A DNA stretch of 64,000 nt from Omnitrophica WOR_2 bacterium RIFOXYA2_FULL_38_17 (GCA_001805965.1 MHHG01000073.1:18080-82079); one strand, 5' to 3'; positions 9,684-19,353 are shown, counted from the first letter of the stretch. Notes: generated by a model from the letters alone, not told the origin. Numbers and translations: made by a program.

Positions 9684-10352
9684 CTATATTCTATTTTTCA
9701 TTTCTTCGACAACTTCGTCAATTGTCATTTTTGTCGAATCTATTACCACTGCATCTTTAGCCTTTTTAAGCGGGCCGACTTTTCTTGTAAAATCCTTTTC
9801 ATCCCTTACCTTTACATCACTAAGGACATCCTTAAGATCAACTTCTTCCCCTTTGGCTATCAGCTCATCATATCTGCGCTTTGCTCTTTCTTCAACGTCC
9901 GCATCGAGATAATATTTTCTTGTTGCCTTCGGGAAGACAACAGTGCCGACATCTCTGCCTTCAATAACAACGCTTTTTCTCAAGCCCATTTCCCTTTGCC
10001 ACTCTACCATTATGGACCTTACTCCGGCCGCACGAGCTACATAAAAAGTGTTATTTGTGACCTCCACCGTCCTTATATCCTGGCTGACATCTTCCCCATC
10101 CAGCAGCACCTTGACACCGCTATCCAAGCTCTCTATATCAATAGTAGTCCTTTTAGCCAAAGCAATTAGATCGTCTTCGCTTTCCATATTGACATCTTCT
10201 CTCATGGCCTTAAGAGTAAGCGCGCGATACATCGCCCCAGTATCCAAATAAGACACCCCCAAAACTTTCGCCAATTTCTTTGCTATCGTACTTTTCCCTG
10301 CGCCTGCTGGGCCATCGATCGTCACTACCATTACTTGATCTTTTTTTACCAT
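9684..10352 (-). CDS. cmk: Cytidylate kinase
   Basis: ITIDGPAGAGKSTIAKKLAK P-loop and overall CMP kinase layout, 222 aa. Confidence 0.9.
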   Translation of the reverse strand: MVKKDQVMVVTIDGPAGAGKSTIAKKLAKVLGVSYLDTGAMYRALTLKAMREDVNMESEDDLIALAKRTTIDIESLDSGVKVLLDGEDVSQDIRTVEVTNNTFYVARAAGVRSIMVEWQREMGLRKSVVIEGRDVGTVVFPKATRKYYLDADVEERAKRRYDELIAKGEEVDLKDVLSDVKVRDEKDFTRKVGPLKKAKDAVVIDSTKMTIDEVVEEMKNRI

Positions 10353-11206
10353 TATTGAAGACCATCTCTTTTTTCTTTTGCCTTGGTAAATAAAGCGAGC
10401 AAGCCCTTATCATCACTATTAAGAATTGAGTTTCTAATTTCTCCCAAGCGTTTAATTGTTTCGTCTAATGACTTGATCACGTTCTTCGAATTTGCCAAGC
10501 AGATATCATTCCATATCTGAGGTGACGAAGAGGCTATTCTAGTTGTATCCTTCAGACCCGTCGAACCATACTCTAAAAATTCTTGTGGTATAACATCGAT
10601 CAATCCATAAGCCAGCAAGTGAGGAAGATGGCTTACATACGCTAATATCTCATCATGTTTTTCCGGTGTCACAATGCAAACTTTTGACCCGACTTTTGTC
10701 CAAAGATACTTTACTTTTTCTTTTGCGATCTGGTTAGTTGCTTCTGTGGGGGTCATTATACATGTCCCGCCTTCAAAAAGATCAGCACTTGAATAATCAG
10801 CGCCTTTTTTCTCTGAGCCCACTAAAGGATGTGCTCCAACAAAAAATCCCGGGACAGGCAAAACCTTCTCGCCTGTTTCAACGATCTCTGACTTTGTGCT
10901 ACCCACATCAGTTACAACACAACCTCTTTTTATGTGAGGTGCTATTGTCGGCAGGATCTTAATAATGGAATCAACAGGAGCTGCCAAAATAACCATGTCA
11001 GAATTCCTTACTGCTTTTTGGGGGTCTGTGAAAGCAACATCAATTGCCTTATTTTTAATAGCCTGAACTAACGATGACTGGCGATAAGCTAGCCCGACAA
11101 CTTCGCGAGCCAGACCTCTCTTCTTTAGCGCCAGCCCTAAAGAGCCACCCATCAACCCTACGCCTATGATTGTAACTCTTTTAAATGGAGTGTTTTTTAT
11201 TATCAT
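10352..11206 (-). CDS. tyrA: Prephenate/arogenate dehydrogenase
   Basis: N-terminal Rossmann IIGVGLMGGSLGLAL, conserved HxxxHL region (SHLPHLLA). Sits inside an aromatic amino-acid cluster. Confidence 0.8.
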   Translation of the reverse strand: MIIKNTPFKRVTIIGVGLMGGSLGLALKKRGLAREVVGLAYRQSSLVQAIKNKAIDVAFTDPQKAVRNSDMVILAAPVDSIIKILPTIAPHIKRGCVVTDVGSTKSEIVETGEKVLPVPGFFVGAHPLVGSEKKGADYSSADLFEGGTCIMTPTEATNQIAKEKVKYLWTKVGSKVCIVTPEKHDEILAYVSHLPHLLAYGLIDVIPQEFLEYGSTGLKDTTRIASSSPQIWNDICLANSKNVIKSLDETIKRLGEIRNSILNSDDKGLLALFTKAKEKRDGLQ

Positions 11207-11209
11207 TTT

Positions 11210-12226
11210 TTATATCTCTCTTGATACCGCCGCTGCAATATTCTTTAACATGGCCATAACAGCGCTAAACGTCTCGGGAAGAAGTGATTGAGGACCATCT
11301 GAAAAAGCATTTTCAGGGTTATCATGGACTTCTAACATCAATCCATCACATCCAGCTGCAACAGAAGCCTTTGAAGCGCTTTCAACAAGGTTCCATTTTC
11401 CTGTTGCATGACTCGGATCTACCATAATAGGAAGATGTGATAATTGCTTTACAACAGCCACTGCATTTATATCCAAAGTATTGCGTGTTGCTGTTTCATA
11501 CGTTCTTATCCCTCGCTCACATAAGATCACATTAAAATTTCCGTTTGAAAGAATATATTCAGCGGACATTAACCACTCTTTGATTGTGGCGCTCATTCCC
11601 CTCTTAAGAACGACCGGCTTTTCTATTTTTCCGACCTCTTTTAAAAGAGAGAAATTCTGCATATTACGCGCCCCTATTTGCAATATATCAACATACTTGC
11701 AAATTAATCCAATGTCCCGGGAATCCATTACTTCGGTTATAGTTGCCAACCCGAATTCTTTGCCTGCTGCAGAAAGGTATTTTAATCCTTCTTCTCCCAA
11801 TCCTTGAAATTCATACGGAGAAGTGCGCGGCTTAAAAGCCCCGCCTCTTAGGATCGTTGCCCCTGATTCCTTAACTTTTTGAGCAATTGACCTTATCCCA
11901 TCTTTACTCTCTACAGAGCATGGGCCAGCAATAATTGGTATTTTCTTACCGCCGAAAGAGATCTTTTCATTGATCTGAACAACAGAAGAATCATTTTTAA
12001 ATTCCCTTGAAACCAATTTGTAAGGTGCCAGAACAGGTATTACCTGCTCAACTCCCGGAAAAACCTCAAGAGGTGTAACACGAAGAACATCTTCAGGGCC
12101 AATAAATCCAATAACTGTTCTTTTTACACCCTTGGAAATGTGTGGCTTAAGACCCAGCTTTGCAGTCTTATCTAATAAATGATCGATCTGCTCTTGTGTA
12201 ACATCATTCTTTAAGACAACTATCAT
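11210..12226 (-). CDS. 3-deoxy-7-phosphoheptulonate (DAHP) synthase, type I-beta (KDO8PS-like) with N-terminal ferredoxin-like regulatory domain
   Basis: GGAFKPRTSPYEFQGLG and ATGKWNLV motifs of the KDPS-like DAHPS family. The ~70-aa N-terminal extension (MIVVLKNDVTQEQIDHL...) resembles the Thermotoga-type regulatory domain. Confidence 0.85.
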   Translation of the reverse strand: MIVVLKNDVTQEQIDHLLDKTAKLGLKPHISKGVKRTVIGFIGPEDVLRVTPLEVFPGVEQVIPVLAPYKLVSREFKNDSSVVQINEKISFGGKKIPIIAGPCSVESKDGIRSIAQKVKESGATILRGGAFKPRTSPYEFQGLGEEGLKYLSAAGKEFGLATITEVMDSRDIGLICKYVDILQIGARNMQNFSLLKEVGKIEKPVVLKRGMSATIKEWLMSAEYILSNGNFNVILCERGIRTYETATRNTLDINAVAVVKQLSHLPIMVDPSHATGKWNLVESASKASVAAGCDGLMLEVHDNPENAFSDGPQSLLPETFSAVMAMLKNIAAAVSREI

Positions 12227-13308
12227 AATATTTCACCTAACACTTTTATAAGTTTTCTATTCTCTTTCTGAGTCCCAATACTTACACGGATAAAATCTTT
12301 CATGCCCCAAGAACTCATATTACGAACGATAACACCTTTCTTTAATAATTCTTGAGATACCAAATTAGCGTCACTTTTTACATTGATCAAAATAAAATTT
12401 GTACAACTTTTTTTAAATTCCAATCCGAGCTTATCAAAGCTTTTATAAAGGAACTCTCTTTGATCTCTTACTTTTTTTGCAATACCCCTGAAGTATGCCT
12501 TTTCGTTCAAACATGCTAATGCTGCAGCCTGTGCTATTGAATTGACATTAAATGGTTCACGTATGCGATTCAAAATATCAATAAGCTCAAGGCTCGCTAT
12601 CCCATAGCCTATTCTAAGTCCAGCTAGGCCATACATCTTTGAAAAAGTCCTTGTAACTATCACATTCTTGTTTGCCTGAAGCAATCCGAGTGAATCAACG
12701 TAGTCGCCTTCATCAACATATTCATGATATGCTTCATCAAAAAACACCAGAATATCCTTTCTTAAACCTCTTAAGAACTTCTCCATATCCTTTTGTTTCA
12801 AATAAGTTCCTGAAGGATTGTCCGGATTTCCCAGAAATATGATCTTTGTCCTCTTGGTCACCGCCTTCTTCATAGCATCAAGGTCATAACTAAAATCTTT
12901 CAAAGGAATATTCTTGATCTTTGCACCTTCTATTTTCGATGCAATTTCATAGATAAGAAATGACGGCTTAGCTATGATCACCTCATCGCCTTTATCGACA
13001 AAGGCACGCGCTGCCATAATGATAAGCTCATCTGACCCATTTGAAAATATAAGCTGTCTTGGATTGACCTTAAGCCTTTTCGCGAGGGCACTTCTTAAAT
13101 AGAAACAATCTCCGTCAGGATAACGGTTCACTTCCTTGGCAGCTTTTGAAATAGCTTTTAAGATCTTAGGCGAAGGAGGATAAGGATTTTCATTTGAAGC
13201 CAACTTAATAACTTCTTTTAATCCTAATTCCCTTTTCACCTCAGCGATAGGCTTGCCAGGAATGTAAGGCTTAATATTAAAAATAGTTTTCTTTGCAACA
13301 CTTTTCAT
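12223..13308 (-). CDS. hisC: Histidinol-phosphate / aromatic aminotransferase (class II PLP aminotransferase)
   Basis: GSDELI, FSKMYGLAGLRIGY (PLP-lysine region). 361 aa. Overlaps the upstream gene by 4 nt. Confidence 0.8.
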   Translation of the reverse strand: MKSVAKKTIFNIKPYIPGKPIAEVKRELGLKEVIKLASNENPYPPSPKILKAISKAAKEVNRYPDGDCFYLRSALAKRLKVNPRQLIFSNGSDELIIMAARAFVDKGDEVIIAKPSFLIYEIASKIEGAKIKNIPLKDFSYDLDAMKKAVTKRTKIIFLGNPDNPSGTYLKQKDMEKFLRGLRKDILVFFDEAYHEYVDEGDYVDSLGLLQANKNVIVTRTFSKMYGLAGLRIGYGIASLELIDILNRIREPFNVNSIAQAAALACLNEKAYFRGIAKKVRDQREFLYKSFDKLGLEFKKSCTNFILINVKSDANLVSQELLKKGVIVRNMSSWGMKDFIRVSIGTQKENRKLIKVLGEIL

Positions 13309-13345
13309 TTAAAACAGATCTCTTTATTCCATACCCCATAGTTAA

Positions 13346-14404
13346 CTACAATATGGGATAAGAACCTAATACCTTTAAATATTTACACATCTTCTCGAGT
13401 TGGTCTAAAGCTATCATAACATTTTTATCCTGCCTATGCCCTTGAAAATCAACAAAAAAATAATAATCCCATGCGCGTTTCTTAGACGGTCTCGATTCGA
13501 TCCTCGTTAAATTGATCTTGTTCTTGTAAAAAGGCACTAACATGTCATGCAAGGCGCCCATTTTGTCTTTTATCGAGAACAATATTGATGTCTTATCATT
13601 TCCTGTAGGAGCTGCATCCTCCTTCGCAATTATCAGAAATCTGGTTGTATTATGTGCAATATCCTGGATATTGGATTTCAGGACCGGCAATTTGTATATC
13701 TTTGCACTTTCAATCGAGGCAATAGCTGCTGAATCTTTTTTTTCTGCTGCTATCTTAGCTGCTTCTGTAGTAGATGCCACCCAAATTGGGTCAGCTTTCG
13801 GCAAATTAACAGCCAGCCAGTTCCTGCACTGTCCGAAAACCTGAGGATTAGAGTACACTTTCTTAATGCTTTTCATCGAACCTTTTGACATTAAAGCATG
13901 CGAGATCTTAAGAAGCCTTTGCGAGCATATTTTTAATTCAGAATCAACTAAAAGATCAACAGTATACGTCACAACTCCTTCTGTCGAATTCTCGATCGGA
14001 ACAACTCCGTAATCACAATCATTGTGCTCAACCTTTTGAAAAACCTCCGAAATGCTTCCGCACGGCTGATAGTTCACTAAAGAGCCGAAATGTTTCATTG
14101 CCGCTGTATAGGTATATGATCCTTCCGTACCTAAATGGGCTACAGAGCTCATTTTCTCAATAGCAAGGGAGCTGGACATTATCTCTCTATAGATCGCCTC
14201 AAAGGCCTCAACCGAAAGAGGGCCCTTATTCAGGTCCCTTATCCTTTTTAATACCTGCTTTTCCCTTGACGGAGAATAAATACCTTTGTTGTCTTTTGCC
14301 TTTTTTTCTCCGATTTTCTTGCTGATCTTAGCTCTTTCATTAAGAATAACTACCAGCTTAGAATCAAGGGCATTTATCTTCTTCCTTAAATTTTCAAGAC
14401 TCAT
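13346..14404 (-). CDS. pheA: Bifunctional chorismate mutase / prephenate dehydratase (P-protein) with C-terminal ACT domain
   Basis: N-terminal CM helix LRKKINALDSKLVVILNERAKISKKIGEKK. PDT motifs LGTEGSYTYTAA and TRFLII. Start chosen at MSLENLRKK (14404) to avoid a 60-nt overlap with scpB. The ORF track extends to 14470. Confidence 0.8.
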   Translation of the reverse strand: MSLENLRKKINALDSKLVVILNERAKISKKIGEKKAKDNKGIYSPSREKQVLKRIRDLNKGPLSVEAFEAIYREIMSSSLAIEKMSSVAHLGTEGSYTYTAAMKHFGSLVNYQPCGSISEVFQKVEHNDCDYGVVPIENSTEGVVTYTVDLLVDSELKICSQRLLKISHALMSKGSMKSIKKVYSNPQVFGQCRNWLAVNLPKADPIWVASTTEAAKIAAEKKDSAAIASIESAKIYKLPVLKSNIQDIAHNTTRFLIIAKEDAAPTGNDKTSILFSIKDKMGALHDMLVPFYKNKINLTRIESRPSKKRAWDYYFFVDFQGHRQDKNVMIALDQLEKMCKYLKVLGSYPIL

Positions 14405-14408
14405 ATTC

Positions 14409-15512
14409 TCATCCTCGCTCTCGATCATTTTCATCCAGGGACTCAACTCTTTCTGTTTCAACTTCCTCATCTTCAGACCTTATAACAACATTATCTGCAT
14501 CCTCCATAGACTCAACATTTGCAGGATCTGCAGAAGACTCTTCACGAGGAACTGTAGCTATAACGTCTTCTTCTACTACCTTAGTGGAATTATCATCTTT
14601 TTCAGCCATCAGAGAAGGGAACTCCTCGAGTTTCGGTAATGTATCCATTGACTTAAGCCCAAAGTATTCGAGGAACTGCTTTGTAGTTCCGTAAAGATAC
14701 GGACGGCCGGGGACATCTTTTCTTCCAACTATCTTAATAAGCTCTTTATTAAAAAGATGGGCAACAACCCCATCAGAATTTACGCCTCTGATCAATTCTA
14801 TATCCGACCTTGAAACAGGCTGCTTGTATGCAATAATTGCCAAGCTTTCCAATGCCGGTTTTGACAGCTTCTCTTTATGTTTTGTCTTATAAAAACTCTT
14901 TATATATGAGGCATAAGTTGAGTTGCTGAACATTTGATACCCGCCAGCTATCTCTTTTATCGTGATCCCACTTTTTTTCTCAGCATATTCGCTTGCTAAC
15001 ATGCTGATCGCATTCTTTATTTCAGCTCCAGAAACAGTATCCAGGACTTTCTTTATCTGCTCTAAAGTGATCGGCCGTTCATTAACGAACAACAAAGCTT
15101 CAAGGACCCCTTTTATATGAGTTGTAATATCATCGCCGCAGTCAGCTATATTATGTTCCTCAAAGCTATCCTCTTCTTGAGGCTGATCCTCATCAATATC
15201 CTCTTCTTTCTCCGCTGCCTTATTTATCTCCTCTATCTCTTTAGCCTGATCCATCATTTCTTTATCAAAAGACTCCTCATCAGGTACTCCCTCATTTTCA
15301 GATATATCTCCCTTAGTTGATTGCCCGCTATCTTGCTCAGCAACAGCGCCTTCATTTCCATGTTGAAACTCTTCAACAATACCATCAAGCCCCTGGTCTT
15401 GTGCTCTCTGATCATCTTCGATCTGCTCGGATACACCTTGACCTTCATCAGCAAGGTTATCAACAGCTCCGTTCAATTGCTCTTCTTTTTTTTCAACGAA
15501 TGAATCTTCCAT
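14409..15512 (-). CDS. scpB: Segregation and condensation protein B with long acidic N- and C-terminal extensions
   Basis: The core GVLEALLFVNERPITLEQIKKVL...RPYLYGTTKQFLEYFGL matches ScpB winged-helix tandem domains. About 135 aa of Glu/Asp/Gln-rich low-complexity sequence precedes the core, and an acidic tail follows it. Confidence 0.75.
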   Translation of the reverse strand: MEDSFVEKKEEQLNGAVDNLADEGQGVSEQIEDDQRAQDQGLDGIVEEFQHGNEGAVAEQDSGQSTKGDISENEGVPDEESFDKEMMDQAKEIEEINKAAEKEEDIDEDQPQEEDSFEEHNIADCGDDITTHIKGVLEALLFVNERPITLEQIKKVLDTVSGAEIKNAISMLASEYAEKKSGITIKEIAGGYQMFSNSTYASYIKSFYKTKHKEKLSKPALESLAIIAYKQPVSRSDIELIRGVNSDGVVAHLFNKELIKIVGRKDVPGRPYLYGTTKQFLEYFGLKSMDTLPKLEEFPSLMAEKDDNSTKVVEEDVIATVPREESSADPANVESMEDADNVVIRSEDEEVETERVESLDENDRERG

Positions 15513-16141
15513 TACTTTTTCACCCTTTGCTTATAAATCTCATTTAATAGTTCTTCTGCTGTGCTAATACCATTATTTCTCTCGACAGCTTTTGATATCA
15601 TATCGATAGCTTCCTGGTTCTTGTATTGCAACTTTATCAGAACTGACAATGCCTCATCCTGCCAGTCAGGAACGGCGGCTTCCTTCTTTGCGCCTTGGTC
15701 TTTATCCTGGATCAATCCATATCTCCCGATCTTTCCCTGAAGTTTTGCTACGATCTCCTTTGCCTTCTGCAATCCGATACCTGACAAAGTTTTTAAATAC
15801 TTCACATCACCGTTCTCTATCGCAGTTGTTATTTCAGATATCGGCTTGCTCAAAGCTTTTACGGCAGCTCTTGGGCCTATGCCGGAAACTTTGATAAATT
15901 GCTGAAAAAAATCTTTTTCTATCTCATTAATAAAGCCGATAATTATCGGAATCCCACTTGATGGACCAATTTGAAAATAGTAATAGGTAAACAGATTAAC
16001 ATTACCTGCATCGTCAATCGTATCCTCAATTCTCGCTAAAACCGGAGCTGGAACCATGATCTCATAAAATAAGCCTGCAACATTTACTATAAGTGAATGT
16101 TCTTTTTTTTCTACGAGTTTTCCGGAAATTCTTGCAATCAT
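15512..16141 (-). CDS. ruvA: Holliday junction DNA helicase RuvA
   Basis: MIARISGKLVEKKEHSLIVNVAGLFYEI..., HhH motifs GIGPRAA/GIGLQKAKEI, 209 aa. Confidence 0.9.
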   Translation of the reverse strand: MIARISGKLVEKKEHSLIVNVAGLFYEIMVPAPVLARIEDTIDDAGNVNLFTYYYFQIGPSSGIPIIIGFINEIEKDFFQQFIKVSGIGPRAAVKALSKPISEITTAIENGDVKYLKTLSGIGLQKAKEIVAKLQGKIGRYGLIQDKDQGAKKEAAVPDWQDEALSVLIKLQYKNQEAIDMISKAVERNNGISTAEELLNEIYKQRVKK

Positions 16142-16244
16142 TTTAAGTTAGATCTTCCTGCTTTAATTGAGTCCTGGGCTTCACATACCGGCATCTATGC
16201 CAAAATACAGGCCTTGAACAACACATAATAAAATCAATACAGTA

Positions 16245-16721
16245 CTAACATCTATTTATATTTGCATAGCCTAAGGCTAAAGCCAGAGCATCGCTTGCAT
16301 CAAGAGTAAGTCTCTGTTCATCAACATTTAATATCTCAGCAACCAAACGTTTAACCTGGATTTTTGAGGCATTGCCATTACCGGCAACAGATTTACGTAT
16401 TCTTTTGGGACTTAGCTCAGCCAGCTCAACACTTCTTTTTGCGCAGAGTATACATATTACTCCTCGAACATGGCCAAGTATGCTTGATGTTATTGGATGG
16501 TTATGATGGGAATATAGTTTTTCCAGGACCATAACCTCAGGCTTGTGCTCTTGAATAAGTTCATCAAGAATAATATAAATCTTGTTAAGGCGATCTTGAA
16601 ACAAATCTTTTTGCTTAGGTTCAATCGTTCCTGTCTCAATAAGTCTTATCATGCCTTTATTAAATTCAATAAAACCATAGCCAGTCGCCTTTAACCCAGG
16701 ATCAATCCCTAATATCCTCAT
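16245..16721 (-). CDS. ruvC: Crossover junction endodeoxyribonuclease RuvC
   Basis: MRILGIDPGLKATGYG catalytic Asp box, 158 aa. Confidence 0.9.
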   Translation of the reverse strand: MRILGIDPGLKATGYGFIEFNKGMIRLIETGTIEPKQKDLFQDRLNKIYIILDELIQEHKPEVMVLEKLYSHHNHPITSSILGHVRGVICILCAKRSVELAELSPKRIRKSVAGNGNASKIQVKRLVAEILNVDEQRLTLDASDALALALGYANINRC

Positions 16722-16738
16722 TAAACCCCGCTATCAAT

Positions 16739-17515
16739 TTATTCTTGTGCAAGTTTTTCCATCTCTTCGTCCGAGATATCAAAATTTGCATAGACATTCT
16801 GAACATCTTCTTGTTCTTCAAGTGCTTCCATAAGAGCTAAAAGCTGCTTTGCATCATTACCAATAACCTTAACTGTTGTACTTGGAATCATTGTCATTTC
16901 AGCAGTCATAACAGGTATTTCTTTTGCTTTCAAAGCATCCGTTACAACAGCTAGATCACCAATTTCACATGTAATTTCATGATTTTCGCCTTCTGAATTA
17001 ATGTCTTCAGCGCCTGCATCCAATACAATACCCATTAAATCGTCTTCAGAAACCTTGTCTTTTGCTATGGCAACAAAACCTTTTTTAGAGAATAAAAACG
17101 CTGTGCTTCCAGGGCCAGCAAGATTACCGCTCTTTTTTGAAAGAATATTTCTGATCTCTGCAGTTGTTCTATTTCTGTTATCTGTCAATCCAGTTATCAA
17201 CATAGCAACTCCGCCGGGACCATAAGCATCGAAAGTCACTTCTTCATAAGTAACACCAGGAAGTTCACCAGTACCTTTTTTTATTGCATTCTCGATATTG
17301 CTTGATGGCATGTTGATAGCACGTGCCTTGTCAATAGCAGTCCTAAGCGATGGATTCATCTCCGGATTTCCTCCACCTGCCTTAGCAATAGACGTGATCT
17401 CTCTAATAGCCCTTGTAAAAGCTGCGCCTCTTTTTGCATCAGTTGCTGCCTTCTTATGTTTAATACTTGCCCACTTTGAATGTCCCGACATTTTAACCCC
17501 CTTCAATGGTCCCAT
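16739..17515 (-). CDS. yebC: YebC/PmpR family DNA-binding transcriptional regulator
   Basis: MSGHSKWASIKHKKAATDAKRG N-terminus is diagnostic. 258 aa. The conserved yebC-ruvC-ruvA arrangement is present. Confidence 0.9.
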   Translation of the reverse strand: MGPLKGVKMSGHSKWASIKHKKAATDAKRGAAFTRAIREITSIAKAGGGNPEMNPSLRTAIDKARAINMPSSNIENAIKKGTGELPGVTYEEVTFDAYGPGGVAMLITGLTDNRNRTTAEIRNILSKKSGNLAGPGSTAFLFSKKGFVAIAKDKVSEDDLMGIVLDAGAEDINSEGENHEITCEIGDLAVVTDALKAKEIPVMTAEMTMIPSTTVKVIGNDAKQLLALMEALEEQEDVQNVYANFDISDEEMEKLAQE

Positions 17516-17598
17516 TCAGATAACAAATAAATAAATTGTGCTCTAATGGGATTATTTCAATAATTTTGTCTAGATGTAATTTATTAAATATTATAAAA

Positions 17599-18107
17599 GC
17601 AAACCGATAAGCCGAGTTCTGTAAGTATCACATGAGCATTCATATATTTAGCTTGTCCATGTTTTAACACTTAAGGTAAAAATACAAAATGCTCTTTAGA
17701 AACCTATGGTTATTCAACTCACTTTGAAGATTACTCTTTCAAACTCTTGCAGCCTACCCGAAGATTCAAACGAACCGGATCGATTCGCATTCCATGCAAT
17801 AAGCACTAAGTACCTATTGCACATCAATTCTCTTCCTATTTGGCATTGCTCCATGCAGAGATTGCTCGTTTCACTTAAGCATAAACGATCACAGATCGTT
17901 TATGCCTACATCGTCACTGTAGCTCTGATCATCCTCCAGAAAATAGGGCATAGCATTTAGCGGATAGTTTATATTCTCATTACTAAACGCTATTCGCCAT
18001 ACGCTAGATCACTGAAGAATTCCCGCATTACCGGGATGCATTATCCTTTGGAGCTCGGACTTTCCTCCTCGCTGTATTCAAACAGTGAGGCAACCATATC
18101 GGTTTGC
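17599..18107 (-). ncRNA. rnpB: RNase P RNA (bacterial type A), unusually long (~509 nt)
   Basis: The reverse complement contains GGAGGAAAGUCCGAGCUCC (P4 5' strand), GCAAUGCCAAAUAGG, GGGUAGGCUGCAAGAG (P15 region) and ACAGAACUCGGCUUAUCGG (P4 3' strand). P1 pairing is GCAAACCGAUA/UAUCGGUUUGC. Confidence 0.85.
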
Positions 18108-18511
18108 TTTTCTTTCGTTTCCTTTAATGCTTCAGATGCCAATCTATCAGCATCTTTGTTCTTTTCTCTAGGAACATGACTGATCTTAAAACTCTTAAAA
18201 CCCCGGGCCAATGACTTGACCTGGTCATTAAGAAACTTTAGTTTCGCATTTTTAATTTTATAAGCTCCGATAACTTGCTTATAAACTAATTCACTGTCTG
18301 TGTAGACATTGACGTCATCGGCTCTTAACACAAGCAATTCCTGCAATCCAAAAACAAGTGCCGAATACTCAGCGATATTATTTGTCGCTTCTCCAATTGG
18401 CTTTGATATTTCGCCAACACACTTTCCATCACAATTTATAACAACACCTATCGCAGCCTCCCCAGGATTACCTTTACACGCGCCATCAGTATATATTTCA
18501 AATTTTTTCAT
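18041..18511 (-). CDS. rnhA: Ribonuclease HI
   Basis: YTDGACKGNPGEAAIGVV (catalytic Asp box), ISHVPREKNKDADRLA. The non-conserved ~25-aa C-terminal tail (KQTDMVASLFEYSEEESPSSKG) is encoded by the first ~67 nt of rnpB. Confidence 0.85.
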   Translation of the reverse strand: MKKFEIYTDGACKGNPGEAAIGVVINCDGKCVGEISKPIGEATNNIAEYSALVFGLQELLVLRADDVNVYTDSELVYKQVIGAYKIKNAKLKFLNDQVKSLARGFKSFKISHVPREKNKDADRLASEALKETKEKQTDMVASLFEYSEEESPSSKG

Positions 18512-18513
18512 TA

Positions 18514-19239
18514 TTACAGATATTCTTCAAGATAAAGGATCCTGTTGCACTTTTCACAAAAAACCAATTCATGCTTCTTTTTTAAATTATTTATTTCCTG
18601 CGGCAACACGTTCAAATTGCAACCACCACAAATATTGCCATTTAAAGGAACAATGGCTAATCCATTTTTACGCACTAATATCTTTTCATACATATCCAAA
18701 CAAGCAGGATCGACCTCTGACCCTACCTTAGATTTTTGGGATTTCAAAACTTTGATGCGATCTTTAATGATATTGATCTCATCATCAATTTTTGATTTCT
18801 GCAACAAATATTTTTTTTCTTCTTCTGCAACATTAGCCTTTTCTTTTGCCACTTCTGCATTAACCTTGTCAAACTCTTCATAAGAAATCAATATCTTATC
18901 TTCAATCACGGACATATCGGCTTTAATGCTTTCAATCTCTGAAATCTTTGCTGTATATTCTTTATTCGTTTTTATTGCAGATAACTGTGCATTAGCTTTT
19001 GAAACGCCTTCTTCCTTGACTTTCAGTTCTAATTCCTGCTCTTTTCTGCTTAACTGAATAGTTTTTAATTTTTCCTCTAATACGTGAAGATTTGCCTTCT
19101 TTCCCTCGAACAATTCTTTTATTTCTTCTAGCATGGCTGGTTTTTCTTCTAGCTGGCCATTCAAATCATAAACTTCATAATCAATCTTTTGCAATTCAAC
19201 AAGTTTCGCTATTTGAACATTAACAGAAGTATCTGACAC
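18514..19239 (-). CDS. Coiled-coil protein with C-terminal C4 zinc ribbon (COG1579/DUF164-like)
   Basis: Long heptad-repeat coiled coil followed by CGGCNLNV...FCEKCNRILY (C-x2-C...C-x2-C zinc ribbon). Confidence 0.7.
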   Translation of the reverse strand: MSDTSVNVQIAKLVELQKIDYEVYDLNGQLEEKPAMLEEIKELFEGKKANLHVLEEKLKTIQLSRKEQELELKVKEEGVSKANAQLSAIKTNKEYTAKISEIESIKADMSVIEDKILISYEEFDKVNAEVAKEKANVAEEEKKYLLQKSKIDDEINIIKDRIKVLKSQKSKVGSEVDPACLDMYEKILVRKNGLAIVPLNGNICGGCNLNVLPQEINNLKKKHELVFCEKCNRILYLEEYL

Positions 19240-19353
19240 TATGATCCATCTCCTTTAATCTGATTAGAACGCTAAAACAAGAATAGACAAACAATACATA
19301 AAAATAATTTAACTTCACAGGGCTATATTAATATATTCAAACGTAAATTTTTC

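Noticed and set aside
17706-17960. Plus-strand 84-aa ORF
   Set aside because: Entirely inside the RNase P RNA gene on the opposite strand. The ncRNA call is supported by multiple conserved sequence blocks.
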